DNA of 5,737 nucleotides from a virus (Duplodnaviria; Heunggongvirae; Uroviricota; Caudoviricetes): IMG/VR virus record IMGVR_UViG_2667527770_000006, positions 1 to 5,737 of that record; one strand, 5' to 3'. Shown piece by piece: positions 1 to 5,737 of this stretch (position 1 is its first letter; each line of letters starts with the position of its first letter). The notes under the pieces were generated by a model. It saw only the letters and a program-made list of their open reading frames with translations, ran no database searches and was not told where the DNA came from. The position numbers and the translations under genes were made by a program.

Positions 1-93
1 GAGATAGCGCTGATGTCCGGCAGTGCTTTTGCCGTTACGCACCACCCCGTCAGTAGCTGAACAGGAGGGACCACTGATGGAGATGGAAGCCAC
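1..93 (-). CDS. insA: IS1 InsA, N-terminal fragment (GTG start at 93, partial at the window edge)
   Basis: Minus-strand translation from the GTG at 91-93 gives [30 protein letters not shown], which matches the InsA N-terminus apart from a few substitutions. The frame is open to the window edge. Confidence 0.7.
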   Translation of the reverse strand, partial: MASISISGPSCSATDGVVRNGKSTAGHQRYL

Positions 94-148
94 GGGAGCA
101 CCTCAAAAACACCATCATACACTAAATCAGTATGTTAGCAGCATTACC
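1..148 (-). mobile_element. IS1: IS1-family insertion sequence, IRL-proximal end, partial (element body continues beyond the window start)
   Basis: Positions 1-148 read as the reverse complement of the first ~148 nt of IS1 as I recall it (terminal inverted repeat at ~126-148, element ending ...gcagcattacc at 148), with several substitutions relative to the canonical copy. The sharp switch to AT-rich sequence at 149 marks the boundary. Confidence 0.9.
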
Positions 149-233
149 CCCACATTTTTTTGTTGCAATGCACACATAAAAAGATAACAATTGGATACCC
201 CTGTTACTATGTGAGCATATACAACTTGTTCAA

Positions 234-272
234 TTTCGCCATTTGGTTGCGATAGCCAAGGGCGGTAGCGTA
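234..272 (+). promoter_or_regulatory. JUMPstart-like element with ops (operon polarity suppressor) motif; predicted RfaH-dependent antitermination site in the 5' leader
   Basis: GGCGGTAGCGTA at 261-272 matches the 12-nt ops consensus GGCGGTAGCGTG at 11 of 12 positions. The preceding agccaag resembles the conserved 3' half of the JUMPstart sequence (recalled as ...AGCCAGGGGCGGTAGCGTG). It sits 44 bp upstream of the ATG at 316. The promoter itself, between the IS1 end and ops, is not confidently located. Confidence 0.65.
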
Positions 273-315
273 GTATTTTACACATAAGCAAAAAATTAAT
301 ATATAAGCAAGTCAA

Positions 316-1161
316 ATGGAAAAGATATTAACGATAGTACGACATAAACCAGGTAGGTTCCGTTTTTTATTAAGAGCATTACATTCTGTTTATAACCAAA
401 CATTCAAGGAAGTAAAAGTAGCAATATATTGCATGGGTGCTGAACAGGATCTCTCTAAAGATGAGTATTCGTATATTAACACAATCCAGGAAAAATATAA
501 CCTTAGTCTAATACCGTTCAATCAAGATGTATCAGAAATAATTAAAAAAAGTGATTGTGAATATATATGCTTTTTAGATGATGACGATACCTGGGCTCCA
601 GAGTATCTATCTCGCATTTCAAGTACGCTTACAGCGACACGTCTTAAATACCCGTCAATCAATGCCATAGCATGCCACAGTAATAAAGTGGTAGAGGTTG
701 CGGAGAGAAATAGAATAATTATTAACACAACATACCCATGGAATCATTACTTAGCAGTTGGCCCGCTTAGTTTTGATGTAATTCATTACAAGAATAGCCT
801 TCCAATTTCATCATGTTTTTTTGTTAAGAACTCAATATTTAATATTATAAATAAACATAACTTTTCTTCGCCATCTTTCTTTTGGCCCTTCTTAATTGAT
901 TATTTATCACAAAATGATCTTTGGATTCTTCCAGAACCCTTAGCATTCTATCATTTTAGAAAAAGTACCGATTTCAAGTACGGCAATTTCACAGAGATTA
1001 ACAGAGAAGAATGTGAGATTGATTATAGATTAATGATTAACAATATGATGAGAGATAGCAAAAACTCTACGCTATTAAACACACTACTATCAAACCTAAC
1101 TAATAGCAATATGGTATATAAACTATCCAACATTGAAAACAAATTAAATGAAAGAAAATAA
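316..1161 (+). CDS. Glycosyltransferase, family 2 (GT-A fold) candidate
   Basis: 281-aa ORF. FLDDDDTW (DDDD at nt 577-588) fits the GT2 hLD(S/D)DDxW DxD motif. The N-terminus ILTIVRHKPGRFRFLLRALHSVYNQTF resembles the GT-A beta1/alpha1 pattern (IP.YN...L...L.S...QT). Very AT-rich with rare codons, as in O-antigen and capsule genes. Weak Shine-Dalgarno. Confidence 0.75.
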   Translation: MEKILTIVRHKPGRFRFLLRALHSVYNQTFKEVKVAIYCMGAEQDLSKDEYSYINTIQEKYNLSLIPFNQDVSEIIKKSDCEYICFLDDDDTWAPEYLSRISSTLTATRLKYPSINAIACHSNKVVEVAERNRIIINTTYPWNHYLAVGPLSFDVIHYKNSLPISSCFFVKNSIFNIINKHNFSSPSFFWPFLIDYLSQNDLWILPEPLAFYHFRKSTDFKYGNFTEINREECEIDYRLMINNMMRDSKNSTLLNTLLSNLTNSNMVYKLSNIENKLNERK

Positions 1162-3106
1162 AATGAATATAGAAAAATATGACACGGTAAGCTTTGATAT
1201 ATTTGACACATTAGTTAGCAGGAGAATATATCGCCCAGCAGATCTTTTCTCACTAATGCAAATTGAAATAGCCAATAATTCTAATATTTTATTATCTGGC
1301 CATGAAGAAATAATAGATAACTTCGCTGAAATGAGGGTCCAGGCCGAAGTTTCAGCGAGAGCTAAACGAGTCAATAAATTCGGAGGTGAACCAGAAGTTA
1401 CTATTTTTGAAATATATGATGAAATTAAAGAGTTAAACGTTGGCATCTCAAAAGAAATTATCAACCAACTTATTCAACTGGAAATCAGCACTGAAAAAGC
1501 AGTATTATATAAAAATAATTCAGGATATAAACTATTTCAGGCAGCAGTAAAAAATGGTTCGAAAATAATTATAATAAGCGACATGTATTTCCCAACTAGT
1601 ATTTTAAAGGAATTGTTAATTTCATGCGGCTATAATGTTGATAACATCCCCATATACTCATCAGGAGAAATGCGCGCATCAAAAAATAGCGGGGAATTAT
1701 ATACTCTTATAAAAGAACGTGAGAAACCTCGTCAAAATTCTTGGCTACATGTTGGAGATAATCCTCGTTCTGATATAAGTAATGCTAAAAAACATGGAAT
1801 CCATACAATTCAAGCGGACTGGTCTGAATACGAGCATGGCACATCTTTTCATTGGAGAGCAAAAGATGTTGTTGGCGAATCATTATATAAAGCTTTATCA
1901 CTTAAACAAACCTCATCATTTTACACAAAAGATCCATTAACTGAGATTGGTTTTAAAGTATTTGGGCCTTTACTTTTAGGCTATATATCATGGATGTCAA
2001 ACCAGTTAAAAGTCCATAAAATTGATAAAGCTCTTTTCCTTGCTCGTGACGCACACTTAATTTACAAAATTTATAACAAATACTTTTCAGACGATCAGAT
2101 AGAAAGCGAATATGTGTATATTTCTCGTGCCTCTTCTTATATGATAGGTATGACAGACTGGCCAATGCATAGAATATGGCATCTTTTTGGCGGTAAAAAT
2201 AAAAAGAGTCTAAAGAAAATTCTTTCTATAGCTGGATTAGACGCCAAAAAATATATTTCAGATATACACAACGTTGGTTTTCCCAACGAGGAATATATAC
2301 CTAAACAAGGTGATGAACATAAAGTTCACTGGCTAATAAATAAACTATTTTCTAATATCTTATTAAAAAACACTCAAAATAGAAATGAGTATTCTGGTTA
2401 TTTTAAAAAAGCTTGTGGTGAACATAAAAATATTGCATTGATAGATGTTGGCTGGATGGGGAATATACAATCCGTTTTCGCTCGCTCACTTAGCGATGGC
2501 TGGGCTACTAAGAATATACACGGATTTTATTTGGCAACATTTCATGGTGCAAATGATAACCGCTCAATATACAATAAAATGTTTGGTTGGTTAGCGAACT
2601 ACGGTATACCTCAAGAAAAATGTGATCTTTTCTTTGCTGGTGGCATTGAACTGATGGAGTTCGCTATGGCTGACAACACAGGCTCCACAATAGGTTATAA
2701 AAAGACTGCTGACGGCATTATCCCCGTAAGAGAAAAAAACAGTGATTCTGAGGTTAGCTATTTAAATAAAGCACAGCGACTTCAGTCAGGAATTATTGCT
2801 TTTTTCGAATATTTACATCCTTTATTAAATAAAGAAAATATTGATGAGTTAAACAGTACAACACTGTCTGAGCCATTCTTTCAATTAGTCTCTAATCCAA
2901 CAACCTACCAAATTGAGGCATTGTCGTCACTCACTCATTCAGAATCGGTTGGAGGTAACGCGGAAAGGATTATGCTGGCAAAAAAACTACCTTTAAAAGA
3001 AAGGCTGTTCCCCGGTAAAATTTACGCATCAGAATTAGAGACCAGTTACTGGAAAGAGGGCTTCAAAAGATTAAACAGAAAGAAATTTTGGGCAAAATAC
3101 AACTAA
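1148..3106 (+). CDS. HAD-superfamily-like hydrolase domain protein with a large uncharacterised C-terminal domain (652 aa)
   Basis: The ORF overlaps the upstream gene by 14 nt, suggesting translational coupling; an alternative start is the ATG at 1163. N-terminal VSFDIFDTLV (aa 14-23) resembles HAD motif I, although in the non-canonical form DxxDT rather than DxDGT. IIIISDMYF is a plausible motif II, and HVGDNPRSD (nt ~1754-1774) fits motif IV GDx3D. Residues ~230-652 show no motif I can assign and no Walker A. Confidence 0.75.
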   Translation: MKENKMNIEKYDTVSFDIFDTLVSRRIYRPADLFSLMQIEIANNSNILLSGHEEIIDNFAEMRVQAEVSARAKRVNKFGGEPEVTIFEIYDEIKELNVGISKEIINQLIQLEISTEKAVLYKNNSGYKLFQAAVKNGSKIIIISDMYFPTSILKELLISCGYNVDNIPIYSSGEMRASKNSGELYTLIKEREKPRQNSWLHVGDNPRSDISNAKKHGIHTIQADWSEYEHGTSFHWRAKDVVGESLYKALSLKQTSSFYTKDPLTEIGFKVFGPLLLGYISWMSNQLKVHKIDKALFLARDAHLIYKIYNKYFSDDQIESEYVYISRASSYMIGMTDWPMHRIWHLFGGKNKKSLKKILSIAGLDAKKYISDIHNVGFPNEEYIPKQGDEHKVHWLINKLFSNILLKNTQNRNEYSGYFKKACGEHKNIALIDVGWMGNIQSVFARSLSDGWATKNIHGFYLATFHGANDNRSIYNKMFGWLANYGIPQEKCDLFFAGGIELMEFAMADNTGSTIGYKKTADGIIPVREKNSDSEVSYLNKAQRLQSGIIAFFEYLHPLLNKENIDELNSTTLSEPFFQLVSNPTTYQIEALSSLTHSESVGGNAERIMLAKKLPLKERLFPGKIYASELETSYWKEGFKRLNRKKFWAKYN

Positions 3107-3349
3107 TCTAAATCCATTATCTTTAAGAAGATTGATAATACTATCGGTTGTGTGTCGATAGCATCAATCTGCTTAAAAGCAATATCAATCCCATGGCCGG
3201 TAACTCTTGTATACGGTTACCGGACAAAACATACAGCTCACCAGTCAACAACTGGACAGCCGCTAAGCCAAAGAGATTGAACTCACCTCACCGGGGGTAT
3301 AGACTTGCCTTGATTCACAACAAATTGATTTCTCGAAAGAGATTTTTCT

Positions 3350-3384
3350 CCCTCCCGGTTCCCGACCGTGAGGGATTTTTTTTT
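3350..3384 (+). terminator. Putative rho-independent terminator (plus strand)
   Basis: Hairpin ccctc(c)cgg-ttcccga-ccg(t)gaggg followed by a run of 9 T (3376-3384). Confidence 0.5.
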
Positions 3385-3492
3385 GCCAAACGTGCTGATA
3401 TGCCCCTTACCTATTTACTTTATATGGCTATACCATTAGCATGCGCGCCGCTTTGTTATAAGAGGCGAGACAGTAGCAAGCATCATCATTTT

Positions 3493-3520
3493 GCCCTTCG
3501 GTAATACGACGGGCTTTTTT
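3493..3520 (+). terminator. Putative rho-independent terminator (plus strand)
   Basis: gccc(t)tcg-gtaata-cga(c)gggc stem-loop followed by TTTTTTT (3514-3520). On the minus strand the hairpin is followed by A residues, so it does not look like a terminator for the tail genes. Confidence 0.5.
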
Positions 3521-3525
3521 TGTCC

Positions 3526-3720
3526 TTAGCTACTGGATCCGTCACCTCTCGGGGTCGCAGAAACATTCCCTCCCGATATAGTTACGTAGTTTCCGGAGAT
3601 GATTAACTCCCTGATATTTTTTTCAGTTTCACTATCAACTTCAACACAGTCTGCTGGCATCACAGATACATCGTGCTTGTCACCGACAAAAAAACCCTGC
3701 ATGGTTGGACTAAAATACAT
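3526..3720 (-). CDS. Tail fibre assembly (Tfa) chaperone-like ORF, short (64 aa), probably a truncated N-terminal remnant
   Basis: MYFSPTMQGFFVGDKHDVSVMPADCVEVDSE matches my recollection of the N-terminal pattern of enterobacterial prophage Tfa proteins (M.YFS...GFY...PADAVEV.DE). It lies immediately downstream of the tail fibre gene, with a 1-nt gap. It is far shorter than typical Tfa proteins (130-200 aa) and lacks the conserved C-terminal part. Confidence 0.5.
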   Translation of the reverse strand: MYFSPTMQGFFVGDKHDVSVMPADCVEVDSETEKNIRELIISGNYVTISGGNVSATPRGDGSSS

Positions 3721-3721
3721 A

Positions 3722-4606
3722 TCAATACCCCTCGGACGTAAAGTGAATTACCGGCACATAAGTTGTGTCTTTCGAAATAACCTCTACCACAAATTGTGTT
3801 GTAGATACCCCTTCGGCTGAATTCACGGTCCGGTTACAATTGGCCCAATAACCAAACTCTGGACCTTGTTTATCAAATGTTCGCCCCGCTAACGTGACCG
3901 CCGTCGAAATATGCGCTGTTGGATAGGCTCTTGGGAGCGTCACGGTATAAAAGCGCGTGTAGTAATCGACTCCACCTAAAGTTTGTTTGTTATAGGTAGA
4001 AACCTCCGCAAGAGTGACGATGCCGTACTGATGAATATGCCCGTTCGGCAGAATATACCAGCCTGAAGAAGCTGTATCAGACGCGGAGAAGCTGGACATA
4101 TCGGGGATCTGATCATTACCCGTGCCGACATCCCTTTTCGCCGCTTCTCCCAAACCAAGGTATGTGAGAATGTCAGCAATAGTATTTTTCCCAATAATGT
4201 CACGGCCAACAGAAGTTAAATCAGTCTGCGCTGCTGTATCATTTCCAGTGAAATATGGGAGTTTATTTGCACCTGTTGCGAGCCCAGCTAATGCCGACAG
4301 CGTGGCATCAAGCGCCTGGAAATCTTTCCCGAAAGCGGTCCCCATTTTGGATATAAACCCGTTCAGGTCTCCATCATCAAGCACATCCAGCCCGCTTTTG
4401 TTGGCGGTGTACTGCGCCAACGCTGCCGCGATAAAGCTGGCTTGCCGAATAGCTTTGTTGACCTGTGCGCTGGATGCTTTACCTGCCGTAAACCCTGAAA
4501 GCAGAGCCGGAAGTGCTTCCCAGTCAGCTTGTGAGGTGACGTTAGCGTTCGGATCAAGCGCGAAAGGTTTAAAGTTGTTTATTGCCATTAGAGTATTGTC
4601 CCCCAT
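3722..4606 (-). CDS. Phage tail fibre protein (receptor-binding), 294 aa
   Basis: Long ORF rich in Gly/Ser/Thr/Ala/Asn, placed between a baseplate-type gene and the Tfa-like gene. GGAG lies just upstream of the ATG at 4606. The alternative start at 4588 (MAINNF...) overlaps the upstream stop as TAATG. Assignment is by synteny and composition, not a recognised motif. Confidence 0.55.
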   Translation of the reverse strand: MGDNTLMAINNFKPFALDPNANVTSQADWEALPALLSGFTAGKASSAQVNKAIRQASFIAAALAQYTANKSGLDVLDDGDLNGFISKMGTAFGKDFQALDATLSALAGLATGANKLPYFTGNDTAAQTDLTSVGRDIIGKNTIADILTYLGLGEAAKRDVGTGNDQIPDMSSFSASDTASSGWYILPNGHIHQYGIVTLAEVSTYNKQTLGGVDYYTRFYTVTLPRAYPTAHISTAVTLAGRTFDKQGPEFGYWANCNRTVNSAEGVSTTQFVVEVISKDTTYVPVIHFTSEGY

Positions 4607-5268
4607 GCTCCAACATCGAACCCGCCGATGTATTCGTTATCCATATCAAACCCAAAGAATTTAGAGCCTTCTGACGGTGTTTCTACCGAAGGCGTTTCAA
4701 CATCACCGGCCCATACGCCAGCTGATTTAACGGTGAGATAGCCCTGTTTGATAGCGGCGATCAGTTCGAGAGACACATCAGAAATATCAGTTTCAGGGAA
4801 AACCCAGACCGAAATCGTCATGTCCTGGTTGTCGACGATCTGCATCCTCAGGCCTGAGCCTGCGGTAGCAGCGTCAAGGATGGGAGGCAGAGAGTCGTTC
4901 CGACCGTCCCAGTTGTTGATAGCGATTTTCGCTTTCAGAATGATGCGGTACGTCTCATCGCTTAGCGTCGTATAGCCAGAATCAGGATCATATGGCCCTT
5001 GCCAGATGCCCTGGTCATACCCAAGCCCGTCAGTGTCCCAGCTGAAATAAACTCCGCTAATTGGCTGGCTGACTATGCGACTGCGTCCGATCCACAGACC
5101 GAGGATGTCGAGCTGTACACCGACAGCAGTATCGATATCGAAGGCTGTTATAAGCCCTGACATAGTGCTGGACACATCAATCAGCGGGCGGGTGCTCAGA
5201 TCTATATGGTCAAAAAAGAGTGGCTTGGTAGCGTGGTAGTTAGTGATCAGTTCGGTGTATTTGCTCAT
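4588..5268 (-). CDS. Phage tail/baseplate protein (position equivalent to Mu gp48 / P2 gpI upstream of the tail fibre gene), 226 aa
   Basis: Intact ORF whose start overlaps the stop of the upstream fragment (ATGA at 5265-5268) and whose stop overlaps the start region of the tail fibre gene, consistent with a coupled tail operon. Function is inferred from gene order. Confidence 0.55.
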   Translation of the reverse strand: MSKYTELITNYHATKPLFFDHIDLSTRPLIDVSSTMSGLITAFDIDTAVGVQLDILGLWIGRSRIVSQPISGVYFSWDTDGLGYDQGIWQGPYDPDSGYTTLSDETYRIILKAKIAINNWDGRNDSLPPILDAATAGSGLRMQIVDNQDMTISVWVFPETDISDVSLELIAAIKQGYLTVKSAGVWAGDVETPSVETPSEGSKFFGFDMDNEYIGGFDVGAWGTIL

Positions 5269-5476
5269 GAGGTCACCGTGATACTGATATTCGCGGTGCT
5301 ACAGGACGCTGAAGCATCATAGGCAATATCAATGTTTGATGCCGATACGCTGCCAGACGACTTACCGATCAGCAGGTCGGTAATATCGTAATAGCGGGCA
5401 TTCCCGCCGCTCACAACGCCGAGGTTTGCCGGGGAATAAATACGGCTCAGCAGAACGTCGTCGCCAATTGTTAGGC
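5265..5476 (-). pseudogene. 3' fragment of a phage tail/baseplate gene truncated by the IS1 insertion
   Basis: I hand-translated the minus strand and found an open frame across the whole 209 nt up to the IS1 boundary (...RLTIGDDVLLSRIYSPANLGVVSGGNARYYDITDLLIGKSSGSVSASNIDIAYDASASCSTANISITVTS-stop), ending in TGA at 5265-5267 that overlaps the next ATG. There is no start codon; the 5' part is replaced by IS1. Confidence 0.5.
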
Positions 5477-5737
5477 GGTAATGACTCCAACTTATTGATA
5501 GTGTTTTATGTTCAGATAATGCCCGATGACTTTGTCATGCAGCTCCACCGATTTTGAGAACGACAGCGACTTCCGTCCCAGCCGTGCCAGGTGCTGCCTC
5601 AGATTCAGGTTATGCCGCTCAATGCGCTGAGTGTAACGCTTGCTGATTACGTGCAGCTTTCCCTTCAGGCGGGATTCATACAGCGGCCAGCCATCCGTCA
5701 TCCATATCACCACGTCAAAGGGTGACAGCAGGCTCAT
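5477..5737 (-). mobile_element. IS1: IS1-family insertion sequence, IRR-proximal end, partial (continues beyond the window end)
   Basis: GGTAATGACTCCAACTTATTGATAGTG at 5477-5503 is the IS1 right inverted repeat. The following sequence is the reverse complement of the IS1 3' region. Same orientation as the copy at 1-148. Confidence 0.92.
5492..5737 (-). CDS. insB: IS1 transposase InsB (InsAB' C-terminal part), partial at the window edge
   Basis: The translation [81 protein letters not shown] matches the C-terminus of IS1 InsB as I recall it. Confidence 0.88.
   Translation of the reverse strand: MSLLSPFDVVIWMTDGWPLYESRLKGKLHVISKRYTQRIERHNLNLRQHLARLGRKSLSFSKSVELHDKVIGHYLNIKHYQ

Noticed and set aside
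127-315. 62-aa minus-strand ORF
   Set aside because: It spans the IS1 terminus and the ops/JUMPstart leader and reads into the IS1 inverted repeat. It has no supporting signal and is most likely a chance ORF in AT-rich DNA.
522-728. 68-aa minus-strand ORF inside the glycosyltransferase gene
   Set aside because: Antisense to a longer ORF that carries recognisable motifs. Leu/Ile/Ser-rich composition is typical of antisense frames in AT-rich genes.
1023-1464. Two minus-strand ORFs (62 and 106 aa) overlapping the junction of the two plus-strand genes
   Set aside because: Antisense to the motif-bearing plus-strand genes and low-complexity in composition. No independent support.
1953-2165. 70-aa minus-strand ORF inside the 652-aa gene
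   Set aside because: Antisense chance ORF, wholly contained in the longer coding frame.
3148-3504. 118-aa plus-strand ORF in the convergent intergenic zone
   Set aside because: It runs through both predicted terminator hairpins and a T9 tract (read as Phe runs), has no ribosome-binding site, and its composition is unlike either neighbouring block. Probably non-coding.
3599-3820. 73-aa plus-strand ORF
   Set aside because: Antisense to the Tfa-like ORF and to the 3' end of the tail fibre ORF. Chance frame.
3976-4209. 77-aa minus-strand ORF nested in the tail fibre gene in another frame
   Set aside because: Fully contained in the longer 294-aa ORF that fits operon organisation. Alternative-frame artefact.
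4363-4557. 64-aa minus-strand ORF
   Set aside because: Nested in an alternative frame of the tail fibre gene. Arg-rich chance frame.
3526-4606. Invertible tail-fibre segment (Gin/Pin/Cin-type shufflon) with crossover sites
   Set aside because: I looked for an invertase ORF and gix/pix-like inverted repeats flanking the fibre C-terminus and the Tfa-like ORF and found neither. The Tfa-like ORF appears truncated and is followed by the AT-rich cassette, so any invertible segment has probably been lost.
4122-4664. 180-aa plus-strand ORF
   Set aside because: Antisense to the tail fibre gene and crossing the gene junction. Pro/Ala/Ser-rich composition is typical of the antisense of GC-balanced coding sequence, and it breaks the otherwise consistent minus-strand operon.
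4748-4975. 75-aa plus-strand ORF
   Set aside because: Antisense to the 226-aa tail/baseplate gene. No support.
1-5737. CRISPR arrays, tRNA/rRNA genes, integrase or attachment sites
   Set aside because: I saw no regularly spaced direct repeats, no tRNA-like cloverleaf candidates and no integrase-like ORF. The only mobility signals are the two IS1 ends.

Overview
The window is a mosaic bracketed by two partial IS1 copies in the same orientation (1-148 and 5477-5737, both reading on the minus strand), a Tn9-like composite arrangement. Inside are two contrasting blocks. Block A (about 149-3110, plus strand) is strongly AT-rich by eye and looks horizontally acquired: a JUMPstart/ops-like element (GGCGGTAGCGTA at 261-272), a GT2-type glycosyltransferase gene (316-1161), and an overlapping 652-aa gene (1148-3106) with an N-terminal HAD-like domain and a roughly 430-aa C-terminal region I cannot place. 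Block B (3526-5476, minus strand, more GC-balanced) is a decayed phage tail module: a 3' gene fragment cut by IS1, a tail/baseplate protein, a tail fibre protein and a short, probably truncated tail-fibre-assembly-like ORF. The two blocks converge on a roughly 420-bp non-coding zone with two plus-strand intrinsic terminators. The best candidate for an undescribed system is the ops-preceded glycosyltransferase plus HAD-fusion pair, which I read as a surface-polysaccharide (LPS/O-antigen or capsule) modification cassette carried as prophage cargo and now IS1-mobilisable. All family assignments rest on motifs and synteny read by eye and on recalled reference sequences; no searches were run.
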